Source of the DNA: Gemmatimonadales bacterium | GTDB lineage: Bacteria > Gemmatimonadota > Gemmatimonadetes > Gemmatimonadales > GWC2-71-9 | DNA: 64,000 bases | Assembly (NCBI GenBank): GCA_044869265.1 | Contig: JBIOXD010000094.1 | Span: 905 to 64,904 of the forward strand | Direction of reading: 5' to 3' | Shown here: one piece after another, positions 1-11,330 of the stretch | Layout of the letters: the number at the start of each line of letters is the position of its first letter | Numbering within the stretch: position 1 is the stretch's first letter | Notes under the pieces: model-generated | Databases searched by the model: none | What the model saw: only the letters and a program-made list of their open reading frames with translations | Told to the model about the DNA's origin: nothing | Translations under genes and position numbers: made by a program

Positions 1-949
1 TTGCTTGCTCGTGCTGGCAGCGTGTGGAGGCGGGAATCCGCCGCCGGAGACAACCGCTCCGGCCCCTGCGGGTCCGCCTGCGCCTCCCGCTCCACCCCCG
101 ATCAACCGCACCCTGCTCGCGCTGAACGTGAATGGCACGCGTCTGACCTACCGCCTCAACGGGGACTCGGGCGCCCAAGTGGTGGTTTTCATCCATGGGT
201 CGCTCAGTGATCTGAACGCCTGGCGGGGCCAGGAAGCCATCTTTGCGCAACGCTATCGCGCGCTGGTCTACAGCCGTCGCTACCATCGGCCGAATCCGCC
301 GGTCGAGGACAACCAGACCTACTCCCCCAAGCTGCACGCCGAAGACCTGGCCGCCTTGCTCATGACCTTGGACCTCGCACCGGCACACGTCATCGGCTCA
401 TCCTATGGCGCAGCCGTGGCCTTGGCCCTCGCCCGTGAGCATCCGGCGCTCGTCCGCTCGCTCGTGCTTGCCGAACCTCCCCTGTTCCCCCTGCTGTCCG
501 GCTCCGAACTCGGCGCTTCCGTGCGCAGTGCCTTTTACAGCAACACGCTCGATCCCGCGCGCCGTGCCTTTGCCCGTGGCGACTCCGTAGGGGGGATCCG
601 GACGCTGTATGACGGATTGAGCGGGGGGTTCGGACGGTTCGACAACCTTTCTACGGCCGCGCGGGCCGAGATGCTCACGCATGCCTTCGAGCTGCGCCGC
701 GAAATGCTCGCGAACCGTGAGCAGTACTCACCCACCGTTTCATGCGCGGAACTCGGGCGGGTTACGACGCCGGTGCTGCTGCTCAAGGGCGAGCGTAGCC
801 CACGCGCGTTCCAGCTCATCAGCGACGAGCTCGCGCGCTGCATGCAAAATGACACTACCGTTACCATTCCTGGCGTTGGTCATCCCCCGCATCTCGGCAA
901 TCCCTCGTATTACAACCAGGTGGTTTTGCGCTATCTCATGACGCATTGA
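1..949 (+). CDS. Alpha/beta hydrolase lipoprotein (5' end probably outside the window)
   Basis: Lipobox-like LAAC followed by a Pro-rich linker, HG oxyanion motif (FIHG), nucleophile elbow GSSYG, C-terminal GHPPH. Confidence 0.85.
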   Translation, partial: CLLVLAACGGGNPPPETTAPAPAGPPAPPAPPPINRTLLALNVNGTRLTYRLNGDSGAQVVVFIHGSLSDLNAWRGQEAIFAQRYRALVYSRRYHRPNPPVEDNQTYSPKLHAEDLAALLMTLDLAPAHVIGSSYGAAVALALAREHPALVRSLVLAEPPLFPLLSGSELGASVRSAFYSNTLDPARRAFARGDSVGGIRTLYDGLSGGFGRFDNLSTAARAEMLTHAFELRREMLANREQYSPTVSCAELGRVTTPVLLLKGERSPRAFQLISDELARCMQNDTTVTIPGVGHPPHLGNPSYYNQVVLRYLMTH

Positions 950-976
950 CGTAAATCAGGGGTATAAGCTGGCACT

Positions 977-2242
977 GTGCCGCGTCACGTCGTTCTTGCC
1001 GCCGGGCTGGCGCTCCTTGCGCCTGCGGTCGCCGCGCAAAGCCGCAGCCAGCAGCTCCTTGCCACCGCTCGCGAACACATCGCGGCTCGCGAATTCGATC
1101 AGGCCGATGCCGCCCTCTCGGGTGCGTTTGAATCCGCGCGTTATCTCCTCGATACCGTCAACGTCTTCATCTGGCGCGGTGTTCTCGCGCACCAGCGCGG
1201 CAGCGACAGTCTCGCCCGAGCGCACTTCCGCAAGGTGATCGCGCTGGACTACTCCGGGGTCACGGGTCTCGACAAGATCTCGCCCGGCCTCGACGACTTG
1301 TTCGAATCTGAAGCTCGGCCATTCCGGGTTTACCCCGACAGCATGCTGGAGCGGCGGGCTGCGTGGCTTTCCGGTCCGGCAGTCGCCTACCCACCGGAAC
1401 TGCGGCGTCGCGGCGTTACGGGACACGCGATCGTCCGGGCCGTTGTCGACACACTCGGCCAGGCGGAGGCTAAGGGACTGGTCGTCCTCGAGTCGCCGGA
1501 TTCTCTGCTCGAGAAACCGTTGGAGCAGATGATGCTCGCGGCCCGATTCACTCCAGCGCTTCGAAAGGGACACCCAGTACGGGCGGTAATGACTCTCGGC
1601 TTCGATCTGCATCCACCGCCACCAGAGAACCCCACCCGACTCGTTACCGCGGCCCGCGAGCAGCTGCGCGCCCGTCGACCTGATAGCGCACTCGCCTTGA
1701 CCCGACAGGCATTGGACAGCTTCAACCAGCCGAGCCAAGGGGAGCGCGCCTACGCGCACTTCGTTGAAGGCACAGCGTGGCACATGAAAAGGCGCGACAG
1801 TCTCGCCACCCGCTCCTTCGATGAAGGGATGGCGGATTACAGCGATCTCAAAGCCCGCGGGGTCGATCTCGCACCCGTCCTCACACGGTTGGCCGATTCG
1901 ATTCGCTTTGCTCGCCGCAGGGTCAGGGCTGCTGCAGCGCTCGCGCCACCCACCGTCATTGGATCCGCGGACGAAGCAGCGGTGCTCGTCTCGCATCCGC
2001 CGATTCGCTACGCGCCGGAAATGCAGAAGCTCAAGATCGGCGGCACGGTGATTGTGGAAGCGACGCTCGATACGACCGGTTTCGTCATTCCGTCTACCGT
2101 CAAGATCGTCCAGAGTCCCAATCCGGTGTTCAACGCGGAGACGAAGCGCGTTGTGCTGGCGGCGGTCTACCGCCCTGCGCGAGTCCGTGGTCGACCTGCC
2201 CGCGTGACGATCCGTCAGCCGGTGACGTTTGCTCCCTATTGA
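977..2242 (+). CDS. TonB C-terminal domain protein with two TonB_C domains and helical TPR-like segments
   Basis: YPPELRRRGVTGHAIVRAVVDTLG...FTPA and YAPEMQKLKIGGTVIVEATLDTTG...YRPARVRGRP; signal peptide ending AVAA-Q. Confidence 0.8.
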   Translation: MPRHVVLAAGLALLAPAVAAQSRSQQLLATAREHIAAREFDQADAALSGAFESARYLLDTVNVFIWRGVLAHQRGSDSLARAHFRKVIALDYSGVTGLDKISPGLDDLFESEARPFRVYPDSMLERRAAWLSGPAVAYPPELRRRGVTGHAIVRAVVDTLGQAEAKGLVVLESPDSLLEKPLEQMMLAARFTPALRKGHPVRAVMTLGFDLHPPPPENPTRLVTAAREQLRARRPDSALALTRQALDSFNQPSQGERAYAHFVEGTAWHMKRRDSLATRSFDEGMADYSDLKARGVDLAPVLTRLADSIRFARRRVRAAAALAPPTVIGSADEAAVLVSHPPIRYAPEMQKLKIGGTVIVEATLDTTGFVIPSTVKIVQSPNPVFNAETKRVVLAAVYRPARVRGRPARVTIRQPVTFAPY

Positions 2243-2263
2243 CGCCTTGGCGAGAATGAAGGC

Positions 2264-2806
2264 ATGAACACACAGGTCGCCACACTCGCCGGCGGGTGTT
2301 TCTGGTGCCTCGAAGCCGTCTTCGAACAGCTGCGTGGCGTCACGCATGTGATGTCCGGGTATTCCGGGGGCCACGTGCCCGATCCCAGCTACCAAGCCGT
2401 GTGCACCGGCACGACGGGCCATGCCGAAGTCGTCCAGGTGACGTTCGATGCGGACGAGATCTCCTACCGCGATCTCCTCGAGGTCTTCTTCACACTCCAC
2501 GATCCGACGACGCTCGATCGCCAGGGCGGCGACTTCGGAACGCAGTATCGCTCCGCCGTTTTCTACCACGACGACGAGCAGCGTCAGGCGGCTGAAGCGG
2601 TTGTCCGAGAGCTGGAAGCGGAGCACGTCTTCGACGACCCGATCGTGACGAAGGTCGAGCCATTACAGGCGTTCTATCCCGCCGAGGAGTATCACCGCGA
2701 GTACTATCGCAGGAATCCCAACCAGCCTTATTGCCGCGCGGTGATTGCCCCGAAGGTAGCGAAGCTCAGAAGCAAATACTTAGAGAGACTCAAAGAGCGG
2801 GTCTAG
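2264..2806 (+). CDS. msrA: Peptide methionine sulfoxide reductase A
   Basis: [38 protein letters not shown] motifs. Confidence 0.97.
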   Translation: MNTQVATLAGGCFWCLEAVFEQLRGVTHVMSGYSGGHVPDPSYQAVCTGTTGHAEVVQVTFDADEISYRDLLEVFFTLHDPTTLDRQGGDFGTQYRSAVFYHDDEQRQAAEAVVRELEAEHVFDDPIVTKVEPLQAFYPAEEYHREYYRRNPNQPYCRAVIAPKVAKLRSKYLERLKERV

Positions 2807-2861
2807 CGGGCAACCGAACTCGCCGGTATAACAGTCTCCTGCCCAAGCCCAGGAGAAATTC

Positions 2862-4460
2862 ATGGCCGTGATGTCTCTCGGCGTGCTGCTGGTGGCGGTG
2901 CTGCCGGCACATTCGCCCGCAGCCCGCGATTCCGTTCCGCTGTACACCGACCTTGGAAACCACCACCGCGCCATCACCACCAAGAACCCCACCGCCCAAC
3001 AATACTTCGATCAGGGACTCCGTCTCGCGTACGGGTTCAACCACGCTGAGGCGATCCGCGCGTTCACCGAGGCGACTCGGCTCGATCCGAGCTGCGGCAT
3101 GTGCTACTGGGGCATCGCCTATGCGTATGGCCCGCATGTCAACGCGGGCATGGATTCGGCCAGCGGCGTCGCGGCATACGCAGCGGCACAAAAGGCGAAG
3201 TCGCTCTCGGGCCGCGCCACTCCGGTCGAGAAGGGGCTCATCAACGCGGTGGTCAAACGGTACGCCAAGGTGCCACCGGCCGATCGCGCGCGGCTCGATT
3301 CCGCGTACGCCACGGCGATGTGCGAGGTGAGCACGCGCTTCGCTGATGATCTCGACGCCGGCGCGCTGTGCGCCGAGGCGAAGATGGACCTCCGGCCTTG
3401 GAACTACTGGAAACAGCCGTCCGGCGAGCCCTATCCCGGGACGACGGACATTGTGGCAAAGCTGGAAAGCGTCATTCAGCGCAATCCCAACCATCCCGGC
3501 GCCTGCCACTACTACATCCACGCCGTGGAGGCGGTGGCACCTGAAAAGGCGGTGCCGTGTGCCGAGCGCCTGGCGGCGCTGATGCCCGGCGTGGGTCACA
3601 TGGTGCACATGCCGGCGCATATTTACATCCGCGTCGGGCGCTACAATGAAGCCGTCGAAAGCAATGTCCACGCGGTGCATACCGATGAGACGTACGTCGA
3701 GGGTCAGAAACCACAGGGCGTCTATCCACTCGCTTACTATCCCCACAACCTCCATTTCCTCTCGTTCGCCGCGACGATGGCCGGCCGCAGCGGCGTGGCC
3801 CTGGACGCAGCGCGTACCCTGCAGGCCAAGACGAATCTCGAGGTCGCCCGCGCGGTGCCGATGATTCAAACGTTTGTGCCCTTCCAGGTACTCACGCTTG
3901 TGAATTTCGGACGCTGGGACGACGTGCTGTCCCAACCGTTGCCGCCCACCGAGCTCAAGTACGCAACATTGATGGCGCACTACGCGCGCGGCGTCGCGTT
4001 TGCCGCGACGGGCAAAGGCACCGACGCCTCGGCGGAGCTCGAACTGGTAAAACAGGCGGTTGCCTCCGCGAGCGCGGACGACAAGCCGGTCGCCGAAATC
4101 GCCATGCATACGTTGATGGGTGAAATCGCACAGCGCAGCGGCAAGCTCGACGAGGCGGCGACGCACTACAAGGCCGCAATTGCGACGGAGGATGCTGGTT
4201 TGTACTTCGAACCCCCGACCTGGTACTACCCGGTCCGCCATTCGTTGGGGGTCGTGCTGCTCGAGCAGGGCCATGCAGACCAAGCTGAAGCGGTCTACCG
4301 CGAGGATTTGAAACGCTTCCCAGAGAACGGCTGGTCCCTGTTTGGTCTAATGCAGGCTCAGCGTGCTCAGGGGAAGACCAAGGAGGCCGCGGAGACCGAC
4401 AAGCGCTTCCGCGACGCGTGGAAAGATGCCGACGTAACACTTACGGCGTCGCGCTTCTAG
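2862..4460 (+). CDS. Secreted TPR-containing protein of a conserved His-rich family
   Basis: Signal peptide; [36 protein letters not shown] motifs; helical repeats; AGGAG Shine-Dalgarno. Confidence 0.8.
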   Translation: MAVMSLGVLLVAVLPAHSPAARDSVPLYTDLGNHHRAITTKNPTAQQYFDQGLRLAYGFNHAEAIRAFTEATRLDPSCGMCYWGIAYAYGPHVNAGMDSASGVAAYAAAQKAKSLSGRATPVEKGLINAVVKRYAKVPPADRARLDSAYATAMCEVSTRFADDLDAGALCAEAKMDLRPWNYWKQPSGEPYPGTTDIVAKLESVIQRNPNHPGACHYYIHAVEAVAPEKAVPCAERLAALMPGVGHMVHMPAHIYIRVGRYNEAVESNVHAVHTDETYVEGQKPQGVYPLAYYPHNLHFLSFAATMAGRSGVALDAARTLQAKTNLEVARAVPMIQTFVPFQVLTLVNFGRWDDVLSQPLPPTELKYATLMAHYARGVAFAATGKGTDASAELELVKQAVASASADDKPVAEIAMHTLMGEIAQRSGKLDEAATHYKAAIATEDAGLYFEPPTWYYPVRHSLGVVLLEQGHADQAEAVYREDLKRFPENGWSLFGLMQAQRAQGKTKEAAETDKRFRDAWKDADVTLTASRF

Positions 4461-7400
4461 AAAGGCTGACTCGCCCGGCTCTTTCCCATATAGGCCCGAA
4501 CGAGCGGCGCCGGCCGGCGCCGCATGAGCGCGGCGCGCAACACGTCGCGCTCTTCGTTTGGGACCTCGACCAGGAAACGCTCCCCTTTTCCTTCTCCTTC
4601 CTTCACGACGACCGGCACGCCGTCACGGTACAAGACGCGGTTGCTCGTGATCGCGGAGACCGCTTCTCCCGGAGTGAGGATTCCGACCAGATTCAGCGGA
4701 TCCGCGCCGCTCAGCGCAACCAGCTCTCCCGCTCCCTGCTCCCGGCGAGTTGTTCTCAGCAGCCCGATGGCTTCGGGCAGGGCATACTGCTCCCCGGAGA
4801 ATCCCCCCACGAACCTGCCACCGCGGATCTCGCCGCGCGCTTCGAGTCGGCGATACACGCGCAGGATGTCGCGCCACGGCGCGAGCAGCGACTCCCGCTG
4901 CACGAGCCGCCGGAACACCACGCCGTAGCGGCGCAGGAGCTGCCAGGCGATCGCCTCGGCGATTTGTTCATCGGGAATCGGCGGGCGCCCGTGCGTGCGG
5001 GACCAGCGCCCGGCGGTCTCCACACCGAACGGGGCGATGCGCCCGCGACGGCGGTATCCCCCGCCGAGCGGCCGGCGTCGATCCGAAGGCACCAGCAACG
5101 CGCGTAGTCCAGCAAAGCTGTCGGATGACACGAGGCCCCACGCCACCAGCTCGCCCAGCGCCTTCTCGACTTCCGTGCGGAGAAGGCCGGTGGCGTTTAC
5201 GAGGTCTCCAAAGAACAACGCGCCGCGATGATCGAATGCCTTGAGCAGCGCACAAGCAGTGGACGACAGCGGCAAGTCCGCTGCGTCGACGTCGGGGGTG
5301 CCCGCACGCCAGATCTCGCCGCGGTCTCGTCGAAACAGCGCGATGGGTGTCGAGCGCACGGGACCAGCCTTTCGGTTTCGCGTGCCGACTTCCGCGTTCC
5401 GAATTGCCGTGAACCGTCCCCACGCGATCTCACCGGACAAGCACAGCCCGTCGAGCCAGAGTGGATCGTAGTCCATGAGACGCGAGGGCAGGACCTCCGA
5501 TTCCCACGCGCCGGCCGCCAGCTCGAAGCCGTCGAGAACATCGAGGACTGCGGCCAATCCTTCAGGTCCTTCGGCGCGGGATCCGGGCGCGAGCCGCTGC
5601 CACTTGAACAGGAACCGCAGGAAGTCGGATGCCGTGACCGGCTCGATCTCCTTGCGGAGCCGATCGAGCGTGTAGCGATGAATACGCGCGAGCAGCCGGC
5701 GCTCGGACCACTCGATCCCCTCGACGCCCGATGTGAAGCGCCCGCGCAACGCGAAGCCCTCGTGCTCGAGTGCCGCCAGTGCGAAGTCGACCTCACCGAT
5801 TTCGAGGCCAAGCGCGGTCGCGATATCCGCCGACGTCGTCGGGCCGACGACTTCGAGCCGCCCGCGCACGAGCTCCCGGATAGCGTCTTCTCGTGTCCAC
5901 GCTTTGGCAAGGTCGCGCTCGGGAGGAGTCACGGCGGGCTCGAGCGTGGCGCCAGGGAACGCGGCCTGAACCATTGGCACACGCTCGGCTGCAACCCAAA
6001 GCCGACCGTCCATCACCGTTGCCCGCCCCGCGCTGAGCAACTCAGCGAACATCGGAGCCCACGTTTCCCGTTTCCCGTTTCCCGTCTCCCGCGGAACGGC
6101 TCCCATAATCAACAACGCGTCGTGGAGCTCGTCAGGATTCTCGGGATCAGGCCACGCCTGCTCCTTGACCAGGTCGATCGCGGACTGATCGAGCTTGCCG
6201 AACTCTTCAGCCGACTTTACGTCGAGGCCGCGGCGTGTGATCACCGCCTGGGTGCGGCGCTCCTCGAGCGGCGCGTCATCGAGGAACGCGTATGGCCGGG
6301 CGTTGATCACTTCGTGGGACAGCGGCGATGGCTCGCTCGTATCGCGGGCGACCAGCGTGAATTGTCCCGCCTCCATCCCTTCGAGCACTCGTTTCAGCCC
6401 TGGGAAATCCATCGCCTCGACCAGGCAGTCCGCGATCGTCTGATTCACGAGCGGATGGTCTGGGATCTCCCGGTCACCCACCAGATTCTCGGGGCACGCA
6501 AGCTGATCGGGGAACACCGCCGCCACGAGATCCTCGGCCTCCATGCGCTGGAGCGGCGTCGGGACCTTGCGCCCGCCCCGGAAGCGCAGCACGGCAAGCG
6601 CACGCGTCGAGTTCCACCGCCAACGGGTCCCGAAGACCGGCGCGTCGAGCATCGCCTGCACCAGCAGATGCTCTGCGGTCGCCGGCTTGAGATACTGGAA
6701 CACATCCTCGAGCGGGAAGCTGTGTTGCGGGCCGAGCGAGAGAACGATGGCGTCTTCCGTCGCCGCGGCCTGCAGCTCGAAGTTGAAGCTGCGGCAGAAC
6801 CGTTTGCGCAACGCGAGCCCCCAGGCGCGATTAATCCGGCTGCCGAACGGCGCGTGCAGCACCAGCTGCATACCGCCCGCTTCGTCAAAGAATCGCTCGA
6901 GTACCAGGCATTGCTGCGTGGGAATCGTGCCGAGGATCTGACGGGAAGCCGCGAGGTACTCGACGATCTGCCGGGCGCCGGGCTCGCTGATCCAGAGCGT
7001 TTCGACGAGCCACTTGATCGCACCTTCGGGATCGTCCAGCCGGTCCGCGACGTCCTGACGTAACCGGGAGACTTCCTCCGACAGCTCGTTCGTGCGTCCC
7101 GGCGCCTCGCCGAGCCAGAACGGCAAGGTCGGGGGCTGGCCTCTTGCGTCGGCGACACGCACCTGCCCCGATTCGACTTTGACGATCAGGTAGGACGTAT
7201 TGCCCAGCAGGAAGATGTCGCCGGGCTGGCTCTCGATCGCGAAATCTTCGTTCAAGGTGCCGACGAACGTCTCGGTCGGCTCGAGAATCACGCGATAATC
7301 GCCGAGATCGGGAATCGCGCCGCCGGAGGTGATGGCGGCGATCCGCGCGCCCCGGCGTCCCTTGATCCGCTTGTTGATCCCGTCGTAGTGGATGTGCGCG

Positions 7401-8791
7401 CTGCGCCGGCCCCGCCGGGTCGTGAACCCCTCGCCCAGCATCTGAACCACGTCATCGAACTCTTTGCGTGTCAGGTCGCGATACGGATAGGCCGACCGCA
7501 CGCATTCGTATAGTGCTGTTTCGTCCCATTCCTCGCCGGCCGTGGCGGCGACGATCTGCTGGGCGAGAATATCGAGCGGCTTGTCGGGAATGATCAGTCG
7601 GTCGAGGCGGCCGTCGCGAGTAGCCCGGAACAGCGCGGCGCATTCGATCAGCTCGTCGCGCGACAGCGGGAACAGCCGTCCCTTGGGGATGGCGCCAAGT
7701 CGGTGCCCTGCCCTGCCGACCCGCTGCAGTAACGTCGCGATCGCCCGCGTCGATCCGACCTGAATGACGAGATCGACGCTGCCGATGTCGATTCCCAGCT
7801 CGAGCGACGCGGTGGCGACCAGCGCCTGCAGCTCGCCTCGCTTGAGCTTATCCTCTGCTTCGAGCCGCTTCTCGCGCGACAAACTGCCGTGATGGCTCGT
7901 GACCCGATCGGCACCGAGCCGTTCGGTGAGCTGCATGGCGAGCCGCTCGCACAACCGTCTCGTGTTGACGAACACGAGGGTCGTGCGATGCTGGGTGACC
8001 AGCTCGGCGATGCGGGTGTTGACTTCTTCCCAAACCTCAGCCGACATCACGGCTTCCAGCGGCGAGGAAGGAATCTCGAGGGCGAGGTCCAGCGTCCGAA
8101 TGTGACCGGCATCGACGATCGCCGGCAACGGCTGCCCAGTCCCCACCAGGAACTGGGCGATTTCCTCTATGGGACGCTGGGTGGCCGAAAGCCCGATGCG
8201 TTGGGGACGCCTGCCGACGAGCGCATCGAGCCGAGCGAGGGAGAGCGACAGATGACTCCCCCGCTTGTCGCGCGCCACTGCGTGGATTTCGTCGACAATC
8301 ACGGTGCGCACCGAGCGCAGCATTTCACGGGCACGCTCGGAGGTGAGAATCAGATAGAGCGATTCCGGCGTGGTGACCAGGATGTGCGGTGGGTGTCTGA
8401 GCATCGCCTGCCGCTCTGATTGCGGCGTATCGCCGGTCCGCAGGAGGGTCCGCACCTCGACATCCGGCATCCCCTGCTCCGCCATCTGCGCACGGATCTG
8501 GGCGAGCGGTTCGGAAAGGTTCTTCTGGACGTCGTTCGAGAGCGCCTTGAGCGGCGAGACGTACACGACCTGCGTTTCGTCCTTGAGTTGTCCCTCGAGT
8601 CCTTGCCTGACCAGCCCGTCTATCGCGGACAGGAATGCGGCGAACGTCTTACCGGAGCCCGTCGGGGCCGCGATGAGAACGTCGGCGCCTTTGTGGATGG
8701 CGGGCCACGCCCGCTGCTGCGGCTCGGTGGGCTGCTCGAAGCGGCTGGAGAACCAACGCTCAACGACGGGATGGAAGCGGGACAGCGACAT
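4457..8791 (-). CDS. lhr: Lhr-family ATP-dependent DNA helicase with extended C-terminal winged-helix/glycosylase-like region
   Basis: [50 protein letters not shown]; C-terminal [15 protein letters not shown]; start placed at MSLSRF. Confidence 0.93.
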   Translation of the reverse strand: MSLSRFHPVVERWFSSRFEQPTEPQQRAWPAIHKGADVLIAAPTGSGKTFAAFLSAIDGLVRQGLEGQLKDETQVVYVSPLKALSNDVQKNLSEPLAQIRAQMAEQGMPDVEVRTLLRTGDTPQSERQAMLRHPPHILVTTPESLYLILTSERAREMLRSVRTVIVDEIHAVARDKRGSHLSLSLARLDALVGRRPQRIGLSATQRPIEEIAQFLVGTGQPLPAIVDAGHIRTLDLALEIPSSPLEAVMSAEVWEEVNTRIAELVTQHRTTLVFVNTRRLCERLAMQLTERLGADRVTSHHGSLSREKRLEAEDKLKRGELQALVATASLELGIDIGSVDLVIQVGSTRAIATLLQRVGRAGHRLGAIPKGRLFPLSRDELIECAALFRATRDGRLDRLIIPDKPLDILAQQIVAATAGEEWDETALYECVRSAYPYRDLTRKEFDDVVQMLGEGFTTRRGRRSAHIHYDGINKRIKGRRGARIAAITSGGAIPDLGDYRVILEPTETFVGTLNEDFAIESQPGDIFLLGNTSYLIVKVESGQVRVADARGQPPTLPFWLGEAPGRTNELSEEVSRLRQDVADRLDDPEGAIKWLVETLWISEPGARQIVEYLAASRQILGTIPTQQCLVLERFFDEAGGMQLVLHAPFGSRINRAWGLALRKRFCRSFNFELQAAATEDAIVLSLGPQHSFPLEDVFQYLKPATAEHLLVQAMLDAPVFGTRWRWNSTRALAVLRFRGGRKVPTPLQRMEAEDLVAAVFPDQLACPENLVGDREIPDHPLVNQTIADCLVEAMDFPGLKRVLEGMEAGQFTLVARDTSEPSPLSHEVINARPYAFLDDAPLEERRTQAVITRRGLDVKSAEEFGKLDQSAIDLVKEQAWPDPENPDELHDALLIMGAVPRETGNGKRETWAPMFAELLSAGRATVMDGRLWVAAERVPMVQAAFPGATLEPAVTPPERDLAKAWTREDAIRELVRGRLEVVGPTTSADIATALGLEIGEVDFALAALEHEGFALRGRFTSGVEGIEWSERRLLARIHRYTLDRLRKEIEPVTASDFLRFLFKWQRLAPGSRAEGPEGLAAVLDVLDGFELAAGAWESEVLPSRLMDYDPLWLDGLCLSGEIAWGRFTAIRNAEVGTRNRKAGPVRSTPIALFRRDRGEIWRAGTPDVDAADLPLSSTACALLKAFDHRGALFFGDLVNATGLLRTEVEKALGELVAWGLVSSDSFAGLRALLVPSDRRRPLGGGYRRRGRIAPFGVETAGRWSRTHGRPPIPDEQIAEAIAWQLLRRYGVVFRRLVQRESLLAPWRDILRVYRRLEARGEIRGGRFVGGFSGEQYALPEAIGLLRTTRREQGAGELVALSGADPLNLVGILTPGEAVSAITSNRVLYRDGVPVVVKEGEGKGERFLVEVPNEERDVLRAALMRRRPAPLVRAYMGKSRASQPF
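5377..5404. repeat. Degenerate heptamer tandem array inside lhr
   Basis: ttcgcgt gccgact tccgcgt tccgaat; encodes [10 protein letters not shown] on the minus strand. Confidence 0.55.
6062..6089. repeat. Heptamer tandem array (CGTTTCC)x3 + CGTCTCC inside lhr
   Basis: Read directly from the sequence; encodes [10 protein letters not shown]. Confidence 0.9.
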
Positions 8792-8821
8792 AAGGCCCGA
8801 AATATACCCGAAGATCAAAGG

Positions 8822-10054
8822 TTAGACTACCGTCTTGTCCGGACGACGCTCCAGCTTTTCGAAGAACTTTTCAATGATGGGCCACTGCGCCCCGACGTCC
8901 TCGTACCCCGCTTCCATGAGGAGGGTGGTGTGCTCGGGGTGAAACAACACGAAACCGAGCATTTCGCCGGCGGCCGCCTTCTGTCCACCGAGCGCGCGAA
9001 CGACGCGCCGTACATTCGCCGGCAACAGGTGTGTCTTTCCCGCCGCCAGCGCCCCCAGATCACGCGTCGGGCGCACGAGCAGCAGCTCGACAGGTCGCAA
9101 ACCATCAGGCGCGGGCACACCATCAGGCATCGCCGCGAGGATGTGGTTGATCCGATCGAGGCGCTCAGCATCCGCCTCCATCGCGTCGAGGAAAATGGCA
9201 TCAAATAGCAGTCCCATCGCCTCGGCGGCAGTCGGCGCATCCATTTCGCGTGTAACGACGCGCGGCGGCCGGGCACTCTTCAGGCCGATGGCGAGGACGG
9301 CCCGTGCGCCGAGATGAAGCGCCGGCGCGAGCGGCGCCATCTGCCGCACGCTCCCATCTCCGTAGAACTCGTCCCCGATGCGTATGGCGGGAAACATCAT
9401 TGGCAGTGCGGCAGACGCCATCACGTGATCGAAGGTGAGCTGCGTTCGCACCGCCAGGCGCTGCACCCGTTCCCACATTGGGACCTCCGGCGCGGCCTGG
9501 ACGAATGACACGGACCGGCCTGTCGTATACGACGTCGCGTTGATCGCCACAGCGCGCAGCCGTTGATTGGCGATGTTCGCGGTAATCCCGCGCAACTCGG
9601 CACTGGCCGTCAAGAAGTCCCGCAGCGGCTTCGTGTCCGCCAGCCCGCGGACACCTCCAGGACCCGTGCTGCCCATCCCAATCGCACTCTTTACGCCCAT
9701 GCGAGCGAGTGAGGTAAACAGGCTGAAAAGCCGTACCTGATAGACGCCGTCGCTCGTGAGCCGCAACCACGACTCGCGCAAGCCGGCGACGCTTTCTCGC
9801 AGAGCGCCCAAGTGCGCGGCGAGGAAGATCGCGTTGATTGCGCCGACCGACGTCCCAGTGATGATCGGGAACGCCAGACCGGGAAGTCGCTCGGCAAGTC
9901 CGGCGAGCACCCCCACCTGATACGCACCCCGAGCGCCCCCCCCCCCGAGCACAAGTGAGAGGTGGGACGAGTAGCGCCACACACCTGATGGGCGCTCGTC
10001 GGCCTTGGTGAGGTCGATCGGTCTTGCAGAGGGTATGTGGCGAACGGGACTCAT
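8822..10054 (-). CDS. Patatin-like phospholipase
   Basis: GGGGARG, GTSVG (GxSxG), ASAALP, DGS. Confidence 0.92.
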   Translation of the reverse strand: MSPVRHIPSARPIDLTKADERPSGVWRYSSHLSLVLGGGGARGAYQVGVLAGLAERLPGLAFPIITGTSVGAINAIFLAAHLGALRESVAGLRESWLRLTSDGVYQVRLFSLFTSLARMGVKSAIGMGSTGPGGVRGLADTKPLRDFLTASAELRGITANIANQRLRAVAINATSYTTGRSVSFVQAAPEVPMWERVQRLAVRTQLTFDHVMASAALPMMFPAIRIGDEFYGDGSVRQMAPLAPALHLGARAVLAIGLKSARPPRVVTREMDAPTAAEAMGLLFDAIFLDAMEADAERLDRINHILAAMPDGVPAPDGLRPVELLLVRPTRDLGALAAGKTHLLPANVRRVVRALGGQKAAAGEMLGFVLFHPEHTTLLMEAGYEDVGAQWPIIEKFFEKLERRPDKTVV

Positions 10055-10090
10055 GGGTCTGCCCGGGTCCTGGCGTCCGTGCGTTCTAGG

Positions 10091-11326
10091 CTATTCGTGC
10101 GCTTTCGCTAGTTGTCCTAAAGACACGCCGCGAAGCGCCGCAATGCGCCCGATGGTTTCGCCGATCTTGTTGTTTGGCGTCGAGGCGCCCGCCGTGATGC
10201 CGATCGTGAGCCGTCCCTCCGGTAACCAGCCTTCACGGCGCTGTTCAGCGGCGTGGATCCCCACGGGCCGGTACCGGATGCTCCCATCCTCGACATCGAT
10301 GCAGGCCGCGTCTTCGACGTGGTAGGTGGTCACTTTCTCATTGCAGATGGCCGCGAGATGCGTCGTGTTACTCGAGTTGTACCCACCGATCACCACCATC
10401 ATGTCGAGCGGCTCGCCGATCAGTTTCAGCACGGCGTCCTGCCGTTCCTGGGTCGCGGAACAAATCGTGTCGAATGTGCGGAAGTGCTCGTTCACGGCTG
10501 GCTCGCCCCAGCGACGGGCCATGCTCTTCCTGACTTCGCCCGCAATCGCCAGCGACTCGCCCGACAACATCGTCGTCTGATTCGCCACGCCGACGCGCTG
10601 CAGATCGCGATCCGGATCGAACCCCGGCGTCATTGTGCCGTTGAACCGCTGTAAGAAACTCTCCCGATTCCCCGCTCCCGACTCCTTCTGTTCGATGTAA
10701 TCACAGACAATCCGCGCTTCGTCCATGTCCCGCACGACGACGTACTTGCCGCCGGGATATTTGCTCACCTGGCTCGACGTCGCCTTGGTTTCCTCGTGGA
10801 AGTTCTTGCCGTGAATCAGCGCGGTGAAGCCGTCACGCGCATACGATTCGACACGCTTCCAGACGTTCAGCACCGAGCCGCACGTCGTATCGACCAGCAC
10901 GCAGCCGATCGCGCGCAGGCGTTCGAAGTCGCGAACCGTCACGCCGAATGCCGGAAGAATCACGACATCGGCGGCGGTGATCGCGCCGAAGTCGAACTCG
11001 CCGTCCCGGCCTTCGGGCCGGTGCAAAAACTGCACGCCCATCGCCTGGAGCTTCTGATTCACGTGGGGATTGTGAATGATCTCGCCGACGAGGAAGGTAC
11101 GCTTGTGGGGAAACTTGGTACGCGTTTCGTATGCGTATTCGACGGCGCGATCGACGCCGTAGCAAAACCCGAATTCGCCGGCGAGACGGAACGTGAGATT
11201 GTCTATCTCGAGCGTGTAGCCGGAGGCCCGGATCGCGGCGACAACACGGCTGTGGTAGTCCGCAGTGAGAGCGCCTTCGATGGCGCCCTTTAAGCCGAAT
11301 CCTTTGCGAAAGTACGTCTGTTCCAC
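10091..11326 (-). CDS. ispH: 4-hydroxy-3-methylbut-2-enyl diphosphate reductase
   Basis: GFCYGVDRA, EIIHNP, DTTC, DTICSATQERQ, NSSN, GITAGASTP. Confidence 0.96.
   Translation of the reverse strand: MEQTYFRKGFGLKGAIEGALTADYHSRVVAAIRASGYTLEIDNLTFRLAGEFGFCYGVDRAVEYAYETRTKFPHKRTFLVGEIIHNPHVNQKLQAMGVQFLHRPEGRDGEFDFGAITAADVVILPAFGVTVRDFERLRAIGCVLVDTTCGSVLNVWKRVESYARDGFTALIHGKNFHEETKATSSQVSKYPGGKYVVVRDMDEARIVCDYIEQKESGAGNRESFLQRFNGTMTPGFDPDRDLQRVGVANQTTMLSGESLAIAGEVRKSMARRWGEPAVNEHFRTFDTICSATQERQDAVLKLIGEPLDMMVVIGGYNSSNTTHLAAICNEKVTTYHVEDAACIDVEDGSIRYRPVGIHAAEQRREGWLPEGRLTIGITAGASTPNNKIGETIGRIAALRGVSLGQLAKAHE
10661..10685. repeat. Heptamer tandem array inside ispH
   Basis: ctcccga ttccccg ctcccga ctcc; encodes KESGAGNRES. 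Confidence 0.7.
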
Positions 11327-11330
11327 AAGG

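Noticed and set aside
956-4283. Long minus-strand ORFs (556 aa, 497 aa)
   Set aside because: Antisense shadows of genes with clear motifs; typical of high-GC DNA, with no recognisable domains.
5228-7063. 611-aa plus-strand ORF, and similar ORFs at 51693-53366, 39562-40944 and 23928-25148
   Set aside because: Antisense to lhr, the spermidine synthase-like gene, M14 and ompA; codon-mirror artefacts.
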